Below, piece by piece: positions 38,078 through 51,330 of a stretch of DNA of 64,000 bases (position 1 is the first letter of the stretch; each line of letters opens with the position of its first letter). Origin of the DNA: Octopus vulgaris (lineage: Eukaryota); assembly GCA_951406725.2 (NCBI GenBank), contig OX597818.1:36890001-36954000 (forward strand), given 5' to 3'. The notes below the pieces were generated by a model, which was given only the letters and a program-made list of their open reading frames with translations, made no database searches and had not been told where the DNA came from. The position numbers and the translations under genes are program-made.

Positions 38078-38167
38078 TGGATGGATGGATGGATGTCAGT
38101 TATATACACTCTTATTATACTATATACTCTACTAACGCCAAATATATATATATATATATATATTTGT

Positions 38168-38201
<34 letters not shown>

Positions 38202-39039
38202 AACATGGTATCTCATTTTATTATCTTACCGGCTTTGCAAATGATAATACTAACGGTACGATGAGCTAAAATGGCGTCCAACATTTACTTAGAAAATCAA
38301 AAATGTTCCATCCTTTACGTACAAGATTGTATTTGACATTCAACGCAATTCTGAGCATCCAACCCTTGTTCATAAGTACCGAATTATTTAGAAGAATTAA
38401 TAAATGGTTTATTGTTCATAACTGGCGGATTATTTAGAAGAATTAATAAATGGTGTATATTCATATTTGTCAAATAATTCCAATCATTTAGGTGAATATA
38501 AAGATTACCAAATATTTATATTAATTCTCAGAGAAATACTGCATGTCACCTGCACCTGGTAGCTTTCAGCTGAACAGATCGTGCAAGCATCATTACTACA
38601 AAGGCCTGCTCCTTAATTATTTTCTCATCAACTGCGGTTGAAGATAATGTCCAGTCGGTTTCAACAGTGTTTAAGGCATTGACAAATCGCTTACAAAAAT
38701 GCACTTTGTATTCCTTGCATTGACTAACGTAAATAAGCTCAACGTTGAGTTTCAAGTTGAAATTTTTGCAACCTACATCTAACGAGCTCTACTTATTCCA
38801 GTTTAAAATAAACACTTGGTAATACAATGCTCAGGTACAAGCGAGTGCAAATTATATTACTCAACTTTTTTTTTATATCAACCCGTCTAAGACCACCCTT
38901 GCATCTCTCATACAAACTTTTAATTTAAAAGGTATCTAAGTTAAAATATTCCATCAAAATTTCACGTTAAATTTATGTTCCAAACACAAGCTTAATAATG
39001 ATAACAGTTATTTTACTAAATTCTTCATTATTTTCTACA

Positions 39040-39310
39040 TGGGCTGTCACTCCTGCTCCAGAGCGTGGGCTGCGGGGGCACTCCGAAAAGCTCTATCTAC
39101 GACGATTTCATCTCAATCGAAGGAGAGGGGTTTTCTCCGTCCGGGTTGCGGATCCGTGGAATAAGCTGCCGGACGAGATATTGAAGATGCCGACGACCGC
39201 TCGGTTCAAAGACTCTCTTGATCAGAAATGGCCTGAACTCTTTGTATGAACACCCTCTCTGTATATAACTCCATGTCCCCCTACATGGCCTTGCTTTTGC
39301 TTTTTGAGTC
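39040..39310 (+). mobile_element. CR1 LINE 3' end
   Basis: LRGHSEKL...RRGVFSVRVADPWNKLP...FKDSLD. Confidence 0.85.
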
Positions 39311-39912
39311 CCCCCCCAAAAAAAAAAATTAAAATTAAATTAAAAATTACATTTATTTAAATAAAGACACTTAGTTTCAGTGGAAGTATGGTACTAAAAG
39401 GATTAGTCATGCATTTGATCAGTTCCATAAGAGAATACTTGGAATATCTGCCACTTATTTCACAACCTTCAATCATAAGAAGTGATGAGTTTCACACTGT
39501 TTAGATTTGCATATACTTTACTCCCAAGCTTATCATCGTTGAGACAACTTTGCTACTTATTTCCCCACATTTTTTTCTGTCCAAATGTCTGAATGAGGAA
39601 AGAAGCAATGCTCCTTCTAATAGTTTTGCAAAGACTGTGCAGAAATTTGCGTTGTGTGCCCATTTTGACTTCACTGAGTAAAACGTGGACACATCTGTGT
39701 AAGTAACAATCATTTGAACTTTTTCAATTAAAAATATTTCATAATTTATTTCTTTAACCTTGAGAATCAAGATGGTTTGCCTCTCAATAAGTCAGTCAAA
39801 TACTATCTATAGCACTGTCAGTATCTCATTAAATCCTATGTTAGTACTGTGTATGCGTGTGCTAAATATTTTAACCAGGAGGTTGAAATTTTATCTCCTG
39901 ATTACTCTACAC

Positions 39913-40163
39913 CAGTGGTTTTCAACCAGGATTCGTGTGGCCCTTAGGGCTCCATATATGATATTGTTGGTAAAACTTATGTGCAAGAAATTGGTTCTAA
40001 TTCAATAATACACAAAATATTTTAACAACTTTTTGTATAATTCCTGATAATATTTTTATTATAAAAATATAATAGGATTTCTAAAGCAAAATGTTTGAGG
40101 GTCTGCCCTAGTAAAACAGGAATCAAAGGGGCTCATAGGAAAAAAAGTGGTCGAAAACCAAAG
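39913..40163. mobile_element. hAT-Charlie-type MITE
   Basis: TIR CAGTGGTTTTCAACC / GGTCGAAAACCAAAG, 8-bp TSD CTCTACAC / CTCTAAAC. Confidence 0.8.
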
Positions 40164-40438
40164 CTCTAAACGATGATGTACTAAAGAACAATATTACTGA
40201 TCCTTCAGTTTATCTTAGTGTCAATGATATTTATCTTGGAACGAAAGTTGAATGTATTTAACGTGAAAATACGCAAATTTCTTTGAATGAGCTTCAGGAA
40301 CTTAGAACTAAAGTCCTAATAATTTTACGCATGCTCGTAAAGCAAGTGGGTCAGCGATTTTTGTCCCCTGATATGTTCTCAAAGCTTTTGCACCGAGCTT
40401 AAGTTGCCAAAGGAATTTTACAGTCAATAACATCCACT

Positions 40439-40471
<33 letters not shown>

Positions 40472-40476
<5 letters not shown>

Positions 40477-40640
40477 AGAATTCACACAAAAAAGCGAAAG
40501 ATGAAGACAGGTGGTATAGACACCAAACAGATGTATTAGTATAACGAGTGGGAAGTGAAAAAGTCTTTAAAGTTTCGAGCCTACGCTCTTCCACAGAAAG
40601 GAACACAAGGAGAGAAAATAAAGAATGTGTAGTGGCTTTT
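40472..40640 (-). mobile_element. Short element with U6-variant hammerhead-like motif (40565-40600)
   Basis: Homologous to 35795-35970, next to (TA)n. Confidence 0.6.
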
Positions 40641-40644
40641 TTTT

Positions 40645-41043
40645 TTACTCTTTTATTTGTTTCAGTCATTTGACTGCAGCCATGCTGGAGCACCGCCTTT
40701 AGTCGAGCAAATCGACCCCAGGACTTATTCTTTGTAAGCCTAGTACTTATTCTATCGGTCTCTTTTGCCGAACCGCTAAGTTACGGGGACGTAAACACTC
40801 CAGCATCGGTTGTCAAGCGATGTTGGGGGGGGGGACAAACACAGTCACACACATATATACGTACACATATACATATATGCGACTGGCTTCTTTCAGTTTC
40901 TGTCTACCAAATCCACTCACAAGGCTTTGGTCGGCTCGAGGCTATAGTAAAAGACACTTGCCCAAGGTGCCTCACAGTGGGACTGAACCCAGAACCATGT
41001 GGTTTGTAAGCAAGCTACTTATCACACAGCCACTCCTGCGCCT
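40645..41043 (-). mobile_element. SINE family D
   Basis: Reverse complement of 28158-28563. Confidence 0.9.
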
Positions 41044-41352
41044 GTGAATATTATAAAATAACATTCAGCTCTCTAATATATAGTATATCATAATTTGCTA
41101 TAGTTGCCTAATACTATTTCAGAGCAATATCGCAAACAATTAATCGTAGTTGATAATAATTAACAATGAAACAAAGCAACGTTACAAGGTGAAGAAGCAG
41201 TGGTATCAGAAAAGACACCAAGAAGATCTTTGCTCAGTATTTCCCAAGAAAAGTAAAGGGATAAATACCGTTTCCCTTTATTGCCAAAATTGATGACAAA
41301 TCTCCTGTCATCGTTGCAAGTATTAAGCTGGTACTGAAGAAATATTTTCTTA

Positions 41353-41795
41353 ACTCTTTTTCTCTTTTACTTGTTTCAGTCATTTTACTGAGGCCATGCT
41401 GGAGCACCGCCTTTAGTCGAGTAAATCGACCCCAAGACTTATTCTTTGTAAGTCTAGTACTTATTATATCGGTCTCTTTTGCGGAACCACTAAGTTACAT
41501 GGACGTAAACACACTAGCATCGGTTGTCAAGCGATGTGGGGGGGGGGGCAAACACAGATACACACACATATATATATATATGTATGTATATATATATATA
41601 TATATATATATACATACATACATACATATATACGACGGACTTCTTTCAGTTTCCATCTACCAAATCCACTCACAAGGTTTTTGGTCAGCCCGAGGCTATA
41701 GCAGAAGACACTTGCCCAAGGTGCCACACAGTGGGACTGAATCCGGAACCATGTGGTTGGTAAGCAAGCTACTTACCACACAGCCACTCCTACGC
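41353..41795 (-). mobile_element. SINE family D
   Basis: Reverse complement of 28158-28563. Confidence 0.9.
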
Positions 41796-42013
41796 CAGAT
41801 TATTATCAAAGTATATAAATTGTTCTTCACTCAAAACTGCTACTGTGAATATTTTTATGCACCAAGCGACTATTTCAAAACACAAAAGGTACTAAATAGG
41901 AGCCATTTCAAGAGACGGTGACTAATATGAAGGAAGCAAAATAACGTATTATTAAAGAAAATATGGCGGAAGAATTTTTTAATCAAATAAATATCATAAA
42001 TACTGTTTTGTAA

Positions 42014-42407
42014 TCTTTATATATAAAGCTGAAGTTGTCTGTGTGTATGTGGCAGGTTTGGTCACCTTCAACTAACACTATCTCCTCCAAGATCCTGCGG
42101 CGCAAGTTGACCAAAATTGAGAGTATGATAGAAGGCTTTCTCTTCATTCCGTAGAAGAAAAATTTCAGATCGGACCATGTTAAGACTAAAAATTATTTAC
42201 ATCAAAAAGGTGCTTTTTTTTTCTATGAACATCCCTATTTTTTACGATTTCTTGACTACTGTGTCGCCATATTTCGGTGTGTTTTAACCAGAAAATGTTC
42301 ACTTAAAGAGAATAACAAGCTACATAATGCATTTTACTTTTCAAAAATTCCAATTCAAAAGGATCGAAAAGAAAACAAACCCGAGCAACGCCAGGCTATA
42401 CTGCTAG
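42014..42407 (+). mobile_element. Non-autonomous Helitron (family 1-type termini, third body type)
   Basis: A|TCTTTATATATAAA start, CCCGAGCAACGCCAGG...CTGCTAG|T end. Confidence 0.8.
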
Positions 42408-43729
42408 TCTATTTTAATTGTTTTGCGTTATATTTCAACCTAGTGGCTGATTTTTTAACATTATGCATGTCAGTGTTGTTGCTTTCACCTAAAATTTTGT
42501 GGCCAGCCTTGGTCTGGAAGTGAGACGATTATCAGACAAAAGCACGCCATATAAAAAGAGGTGTATGTCGAATGATCTGTGGTGATTGATAGGCATTAAC
42601 ATCTGAAGAGTGAGTGATAATCTATAACTAAGAATTGGCGACTGATGAATAATGGGTGGTGTAGAATGCATAACAAGTAATGGTTGAAAATTGGCAGTTA
42701 AATTTGATAATTGGTATGTGACTGTGACCAAGCTGAGAGTAGTGAGTTACTGAGTCACAAAAGGTGACTATTTTAGCGACAATTGACAAGAAACTATTGG
42801 CTGTTGGCGAGTGACGATGCACTAGCGACGATTATTGAGTAATCGGTGACAAATAGTCACAGAAAACAGCGTGTGACAAATGACTAATGACGTGGTGAAG
42901 AATGATGAGTGATAAGTAGGGACAGATATGCTGCTTCATATGGGAGAACTACTGGTAAATAATGTGAGATAACTGTCATGAAGTGACAAGAAATAGGGGA
43001 TCGGTGACAAGTGGATAGAAGTGTCTAGTGACTAATGATGAGTGATGAGTAACAAATAATGAGTGATGCATTAGTGACAAGTGATGTCTAGGGAGTAGTG
43101 ACTAGTGTGGATATATTTCGGGAACCTCTAAGTAGTTATTCGACATGCAAAAAATGGTTGTGATATATCCTTTAAATTGTACTCCACTGTCTTAAGGTTC
43201 TGGACATACTGTGCAAAAAATAAAAAATTATTGACGGGGGTGATCATGGCTGGAAAGCCCTAATCATTTACTTATTAATTCAGAGCTGATCTAGGGCTAA
43301 ACGACACCAAGAACTTTTCAATTTGGCATCGATCTATTTTTTGAGAGAAAACATCGAAAGCAATTTATAGATTCCCATGCATACATACACTCACTCACCC
43401 TCTCACAGACACACACACACACACACACACACAATGACAACAACGACAACATCAACAACAAACCAGCAAGTATATTCTTTTTTATCTTTTTATTCATTTA
43501 CTTGTCTCAGTCATTTGACTGCGGCCATGCTGGAGCACCGCCTTAAAGGGTTTCTAGTCGAAGAAATTAACCCCGGGGCTAATTCTTTGTAAACCTAGTA
43601 CTTATTCTATTTGTCTCTTTTGCTGAACCGCTAAGTTACGGGGACATAGAGGTAAAAGCATCGGTTTTCAAACGATGATTGGAGAACAAACACATAAGTA
43701 TATACATACAGGCATACATACATACATAC

Positions 43730-43772
<43 letters not shown>

Positions 43773-43856
43773 ATTCGAGACAAAACCACTATTTTAAAAC
43801 CAAACAAGGAAAGACTTAATCAATACATAAAATTTTAATATAAATTAAATAAACCG

Positions 43857-43899
43857 CCACTACAAATGTTTCATGTCTGCTCCGACAATCTTCAGGTGG
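43857..43899 (-). ncRNA. Type-I hammerhead ribozyme (mirror copy)
   Basis: Reverse complement of 43949-43991. Confidence 0.75.
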
Positions 43900-43948
43900 A
43901 TTTTCGATCTTCTAATCAAAATTTGATACTGATTAGAAGATCGAAAAT

Positions 43949-43991
43949 CCACCTGAAGATTGTCGGAGCAGACATGAAACATTTGTAGTGG
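43949..43991 (+). ncRNA. Type-I hammerhead ribozyme
   Basis: CCAC CTGAAGA TTGTC GGAGCA GACAT GAAA CA TT TG TA GTGG. Stems I-III and GUA cleavage triplet. Confidence 0.75.
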
Positions 43992-44234
43992 CGGTTTATT
44001 TAATTTATATTAAAATTTTATGTATTGATTAAGTCTTTCCTTGTTTGGTTTTAAAATAGTGGTTTTGTCTCGAATTATATTATATAATATTTTACTATAA
44101 AATTGGATTTAACCCTAAATCTGATTTTTCCCTGTAATTTTGGATTCATTCCCTAATATTTATTATTATTTATATATATATATATATAATATAATATAAT
44201 ACATTATATATATATATAATATTATATATATATA

Positions 44235-44293
<59 letters not shown>

Positions 44294-45369
44294 GACGGTC
44301 TTCTTTCAGTTTCCTTCGACCAAATCCACTCAGAAGGCTTTGGTCGGACCGAGGCTATAATAGAAGGCACTTGCCCAAGGCACCACGCAGTGGGACTGAA
44401 CCCAGAACCATGTGGTTGGGAAGCAAGCTTCTTACCACACAGCCACGCCTGCGCATATATCTACAAAAATGTACCAAAACACCCAAGCACAGGAGTCAAT
44501 GTTGAAGCTTCAACATGGTCGCCCGAGCAGCTAAAAGGTGCAGTGAAATCTCCCTCATTTTTCTCACCGTATCAGCTTCAATAGGGAAGGAATTATTGCA
44601 TAATGTAGAATCAGATATGCTGAGCGAGATATGGCTGGAAAAGAAATGCTAGACATGATGGTCACGGTTCGAACGCTTTCGATCATAGATCAGCTTGGGA
44701 CTTGGGGTTAAGCAACAACAACAAAGACTAGACACACACAAACATGCACATGCGCAATGGCACAAATATACTTCGACGACAGAGATACGCAAACACGGAT
44801 GCAATGCACGGATGCACATGCAAACGCAAGCGCACAGACACACGAAAACAAACTCACACACACACACACGCATACTAACACAAATAGGTACACGTGCATA
44901 CAACGGTCACGCAAGCACTTACACACACACACACACACACACATATACAGTTACACACGCATGCACAAACGTGCACATACGCACACATATATTCGCAGAA
45001 ACGCAGAAACACACACGCGCGAACACACAAACACTCAGAGACACTCGTTGCCGCAAATACACACACAAGCACACACACACACACACACGCAAGAACACAC
45101 ACACACACGCGAGTACACACACACACAAGCACACACGAACACACACACGCATGCAAATAGAGGCAAAGTCGCAAGCTTCAGCCATTAAATAAATAAATGA
45201 ATACATAAATAAATAAATAAATAAAATGTCATGTGGTGTGTTTGAAGCCGGGTCACATGTCTGGCTCGTCATCGACTTCAAGGACAGATGCTACGAAAGA
45301 GCTAACACGCACGCGCACTCATATACACACATACATACATACATACATACATACATACACACTGCATGA

Positions 45370-47341
45370 CGTTTAGCCCCAGGTTAGCCAAGACCGAAAA
45401 AAACTATTATCAAAGACAGTCCCGCCTTGACCATCTAGATGATTTCTCTCGTTTCTCTTCCTTTCTTTCGTTGTTTTTCCTTTTATTTTTTGTGGGTTTT
45501 GTTTTTGTTATTTTGCATGTAGATCACATTTATTTATGTACCCTGTCCTTCATTTAATACAGTAACAGTGTCGTTTATAAGGATATTTGACTGTTCTTTC
45601 TAGTAGAACGAGTAACCTCATTGAAGATATCTCGTCAGCTCCTGCTGCTATTAGTGTTGCTGTGGTTGTTGTTTTTGTTGCTGTTGTTGTTTTGTTTTTA
45701 TCATAAATCATCCCTGACTAAAAACCATATGCACTCCAACCGTGACCACCCTATTTTATATTCATTTACGCCGGAGACGCAGGAGGACCATATTACGAAA
45801 CGTGTCCTTACATTTCGAAAGATGGCAGCCGTGAGATTTAAGGGAAATTTACTGCTATTTCTAGCTATTCAAGCGACCATATAGTAGCTCCCTTGTCTGC
45901 TGCTGCTGCTGCTTCTATTGTTGCTGCTGCAACTGCTGCTGCTGCTGTTGCTACCGTTTTATTGCTGTTATTGTTATTTAACCATCTCTCCACCGTCCAG
46001 GTCAGCCCTGATGGAGCAAGCGTTCTAACCATGGCGATGACATTTTATTTTAAAGCATCGTGTACCTAGGACTAAACATATCCAATGTGCCCTTTTTTAT
46101 TTCAACGCAATGGAATATGATTTCATGGGAGATTCCACTGATATTTCTGGATATAACCTATTATCACGGGCGTCGTTGGTGTTGGTGTTGTTTTTTTTAA
46201 CCCCAGGTCAGGTCATCTCAAACTGAACAAACAAACCTATGATCAACAGCGTCTCACCAATGGCCATCCCGTCTATTATTCTGGTGGTGCAGTATTTTCC
46301 AGGTGTATGACTACATTTTTGCAATGTGTCTTAAATAAGGCATGAAAATAGAACCGTAAGATATAGATTTGAGGCAGAATAGCTACTGCTTCTTCTAGCA
46401 GGTCAAACGACGACGTAGAGGCTTCCTAGTCGGTTCACGCATGTCGTGTGCGCCGCCGCCGCCGTTGTCGTGGCTGTTGTTCTTGCTGGTTATTGCAATG
46501 ATGATGATGATGATGATAGTGATGATGATGATGGCGATGTTGATGATGATGATGATGGTTATGGTGGTGGTGGTGTATAGCTCTTATTTTTGTGGTAAAT
46601 GTTACAGCTGATGATGATGATGATGATGACGACGACGACGATGAAGATAAGGAGGAGTTATAGTGGTGACGGTGGCAGTGGTGTTGCGGGTTGATAATAG
46701 CTGCTATTTAGCCCCAGGTCAGTCCTGACTGAGTAGACTTACGAATTAAAGACAAATGCAGGTACAGTGCATCAGGGACTACATTAGCCATCCAACACAC
46801 TCTTTCCTTTTATTTAAAAAAAAAAGCTTGCCGAAATTTAAAGGGCATTTGACTGCTATTTCTAGCATATCAAGAGACCACATAGAAGTTCCCTCAATGT
46901 ATCGCCTTGCTCTGCTTGTCCTTGTGGTTGATGATACTGATGATGATGATGATGATGATGGTGATGGTTACGATGATAATGCGTGACTGTTGTATTGGCG
47001 CTGTCGTCGATGTCATTATTTTTGTTGTTGTTACTGTTGTTGCTATTGGAGTCGCCGTCTCTGATGTTGCGTGAAAGATGTCGTTACTATGTCTTTATGG
47101 TTGTTGCTATCGTTGTTGTTGTTGTTGTTGTTGTTGTTGCTGCTGCTATCGTCGTCGTTGTTGTTGTTACGTTAGTGTTGTTGCTGCGGTCACAGTTGCG
47201 AAGCTGCTGCTGCTGCTGCTACTATTGTTGTTGCTATCGCTTTTGTTGTTGTTGTTGCAATCGTTGCTAGATGTCTTCTTGTCGCGAAGATCTTTTTTTT
47301 TTTTTTAACTTTTGTCATTCGTGTTTATTATTGCTGCCGCA

Positions 47342-47373
<32 letters not shown>

Positions 47374-47700
47374 TGCGGCTCGAAGAATAACTGTGACTGT
47401 TGCTGCTGTTGACGACGCTGGTGTTGCTATCGCTGTTTGCAACCATTGCACAGAACGATTGCATTTGTTATTTAACTATGACACTGGTGCTATTGTTCTG
47501 TGGGCCCCCAAGTTAACCATGGGCGAAAAAAAACAAACAAATAATTACGCCATTCCAGCCATGACCACCTCGTCATATTGTATCTCTAGGACAACATTGT
47601 CCAATGCGTTTCCTCATTTGCAAGATGGAGTAAGATTTCAATGGGGATTTGGTTGCTATTTCTTGTATATTAAGCGACCACTTAACGATTCCCCGTGTTA
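45370..47700 (+). repeat. Cluster of old dispersed repeat family E separated by trinucleotide microsatellites
   Basis: Recurring CCCCAGGTCAG..., CTAGGAC.ACATT.TCCAATG.GT and GATTT.ACTGCTATTTCTAGC...CGACCAC.TAG blocks. Confidence 0.65.
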
Positions 47701-48081
47701 ACGTGCTGTTGTTGCTGTTGTTGTTACTGCTGCTGCTGCTGTTTCTGCTGCTACTGCTACTGCTGCTGTCGCTGCAGTTGTGCAGTGATCTGCAGTTGCT
47801 GTTGTCGCTGTTGCAGCTGCAATTTCTGTTGCTCACCATAATCATAACGACGACAGCGCGACGATGAAAATGACGATGCCACCACTACGACAAAGGCGAC
47901 GGTGTCGACGAACATAATGATAGTGATGATGATGATGACGATGATGATGGTGATGGTGATGATGATGATGATGGTGACGACAACGACGACGATCCTGGAT
48001 ACAATAATGATGTTGACAATCATAATTGTAATATCATTATTATTGTTGTTGTTGTTATTATTATTATCATTATTATTATAT

Positions 48082-48306
48082 AAGGCGGCGAGCTGGCAGA
48101 ATCGTTAGCACGCCGGACAAAATGCTTAGCGGCATTTCGTCCGTCTTCACGTTCTAAGTTCAAATTCCGACAAGGTCGGCTTTGCCTGTCATCCTTTCTG
48201 GGGTCGATAAATTAAGTACCAATCAAGTACTGGGGGGGGGGGGTCGATGTGATCATTTTACCCCCACCCCACAAATTTCAGGCCCTTGTGCCTATAGTAA
48301 AAAAAG

Positions 48307-48347
<41 letters not shown>

Positions 48348-48552
48348 AGGCGGCGAGCTAGCAGAATCGTTAGCACGCCGGACAAAATGCTTAGCGGCAT
48401 TTCGTCCGTCTTCAAGTTCTGAGTTCAAATTCCGACAAGGTCGGCTTTGCTGTCATCCTTTTTGGGGTCGATAAATCAAGCACTGGGGTCGATGTGATCA
48501 ATTTATCCCCACCCCACAGATTTCAGGCCCTTGTGCCTATAGTAAAAAAAGA
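48082..48552 (+). mobile_element. Two tandem SINE family C (tail 2) copies separated by (ATT)n
   Basis: Near-identical head, core and tail 2 repeated. Confidence 0.9.
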
Positions 48553-48744
48553 TGATTATTATTATTATTATTATTATTATTATGCCATGGCTGGGTGGTT
48601 CTGTTTGCAAATGCTGTTGCTGCTGCAGCTGTAGAAATTGCTGCTGTTTGTTGCTGCTGTTGCAACTGTTCGCTGTTGTGTTCTCAAGTGAAAGACTGAT
48701 TTTTCTTATTGTTATTCTTGTTATTTGTTTGCTGCTGCACTCCA

Positions 48745-49460
48745 TAATGATGCTGACGATGACGATTATGATGATGACGATGATGATGATGACGATGAAG
48801 ATGGTGATGGCGACGACGACGGCGACGATGATGAGGATGATGATGATGATGACGATGATGATGATGAATGACGATGACGATTATGATGATGACGATGACG
48901 ATTATGATGATGACGATGATGATGGTGATGATGACGATGATGATTACGATAATGATGACGATGATGATGATGACGACGACGACGATGACGATGATGATGA
49001 TGACGACGATGACGACGATGATGACGATGATAATGATGACGATGATGATGACGATGACGATGACGATGATGATAATGACGATGATGATGGCAACGACGTA
49101 GATGACGATGATGATGAGGAGGATGATGACAGTGACGTCGATGATGCTGGCGATAGTGATGATGATGACGACGACAATAACGATGATGCTGATGTTGATG
49201 ATGATGATGATGATGATGTTGTTAATGTTGTCATTGTTGTTGATGATGATGATGATGATATTTTTGTCATCCAATTGCTACTGGTGCTGAGGAGAATGCT
49301 GCGGCCAGAATAACGGCCACTGATGTTTCTGCTAGTGCTGCTGTTACTGCTGCTGCTGCTCCTTGTGTTGCTACCACCGCCGCCGCCGTCGCTACTACTG
49401 CTGCTGCTGGTGCTGTCGCTGCTGCTGCTGCTGCTGTTGGTATTACTGCTGTTGCTACCT
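48745..49460. repeat. Degenerate (GAT/GAC)n and (GCT)n trinucleotide tract
   Basis: Directly visible. Confidence 0.9.
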
Positions 49461-50078
49461 CTGCAATAATTCCGGCTGATAAATAGACAAGCTGTTACTG
49501 CCTGGTTTAAGTCAAGAAAACCGAGTAAGAGAGATGGAATATCGACGAACGAGCGAATGGGAAAAAAAAAAAAAAAAAAAGAGCGGAAGAGAGAAAAACA
49601 GAGAGAAACAGAAGGAGACTGACAGACAGACAGATAGGGTTAAAGAGAGAGCGAGAGACACAGAGCGAGAGACAAGACAAAAAAAAATAGGAAAGGAAGC
49701 AAAAAAAAATAATATAATATAAATATATATAAAATGCAAGCTACAAAAACGAAGGATTCTCTCGTATCTCGTAACCATCACTGTATCTTTAGTTGGTGTT
49801 CATAGTCGCAATTCCTCTCTGCGACATTTTTCATTTCTCTCTTTCCTTCCTAATGACTTTTATGCCTTTTCCGACAATATTTTTCCATTTATTTTTTATT
49901 GTATTATTTGTGTTTGTTTGTTTGTTTGTCATTCTTTTCACGATGTGTGTATGTATGTGTGTATGTACGTATGTGTGTGTGTGTGTGTGTGTGTATTTCT
50001 GTATATGCCGGTATATATTTACGTCTATTTAGATATATATATACGTACATACATTCACATTTGTACATATATGTACGT

Positions 50079-50191
<113 letters not shown>

Positions 50192-50210
50192 TATTATAAT
50201 ATATATATAT

Positions 50211-50371
50211 TTAGGGAGAATTCACGAAAAAAAACAAAAGACGAAGACAGGTGGTGTAGAAAACAAACAGATGTATTAGTATAACGCTCGGGAATTGAAA
50301 TCGTCTTTAACGTTTCGAGCCTACGCTCTTCCACAGAAAGGAACACAGAAAGAAACAAGGAGAGAGAAAAA

Positions 50372-50375
<4 letters not shown>
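50211..50375 (-). mobile_element. Short element with U6-variant hammerhead-like motif (50305-50340)
   Basis: Embedded in (TA)n. Homologous to 35795-35970. Confidence 0.6.
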
Positions 50376-50422
<47 letters not shown>

Positions 50423-51108
50423 TATATATATTATATATACATACATACATAAACAAATTTATATGTTTATGTATATGTGTGTGTATATATATATATATAC
50501 ACATATATATGTGTATATATTCATACATATATATGTATACATATAGGCATATATAAATATATGTATGTATGTATGTGTGTATGTATGTATGTATGTATGT
50601 ATCGATACGCATATCCAGCATGACCACCTTTTGCGTTCTCTTCCTGTGTCATGTTAAAGACGTCATTCACCAGTGCGCCAAGGCCGAGACCCCAAATCCC
50701 AGACACAGACTGTACTTCAGGTCAAGGAAGCATGCTTACACACACACACGCACACACGTGAATGTGTGCGTGTGTGTGTGTTTCAGAAGAATGCGCTCTA
50801 ACATTATCACATGGTATGATCTGCCAAATAAGTTCTGGCTGTTGTCTTGGAAAAAAACGATATGTGTGGGTGCATAAAAGGAAGAGCCTAAATATAATAT
50901 GAAGGACATAAGACATTGTGTGAGCAAAAGAGATGGTTGGGTGTGTGGTGCTTCTTGTACAGATGTTACGTTGTGGGTGTATAGCTAAGCCCAATATGTC
51001 CATTATCGAACTGGTAATGGACTTCGGAAAAGCAGAAGAGCTGTGATTATGATACATGCAGATGAGAGAAACGTTAAAGTTGAGAACAAAGAACGATTCA
51101 TTATATGC

Positions 51109-51330
<222 letters not shown>

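Larger units (their letters stand above)
38560..40430 (+). pseudogene. Ancient hAT-like transposase relic with nested insertions
   Basis: Fragments LTNRLQKCTLYSL(+ID), SHCLDL, VETTLLLISPHFFLSK, SVNDIYLGTKV...LVKQVGQRF occur in hAT order. Confidence 0.45.
43762..44086. repeat. Perfect inverted repeat, ~157-bp arms, 11-nt spacer
   Basis: 43762-43918 is the exact reverse complement of 43930-44086 by manual comparison. Confidence 0.95.
43475..44453 (-). mobile_element. SINE family D interrupted in its (TA)n by a palindromic insert
   Basis: Tail at 43475-43720, head at 44290-44453. Confidence 0.85.

Noticed and set aside
38546-38775. Open minus-strand exon candidate
   Set aside because: Better explained as the antisense of hAT-like motifs on the plus strand; not fully excluded
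44695-45192. His/Thr-rich 165-aa ORF
   Set aside because: Degenerate (CA)n tract
48552-49313. 253-aa poly-Asp ORF suggesting an acidic biomineralisation protein
   Set aside because: It begins in the (ATT)n tail of a SINE, overlapping frames are equally open, and it lies in a field of trinucleotide repeats
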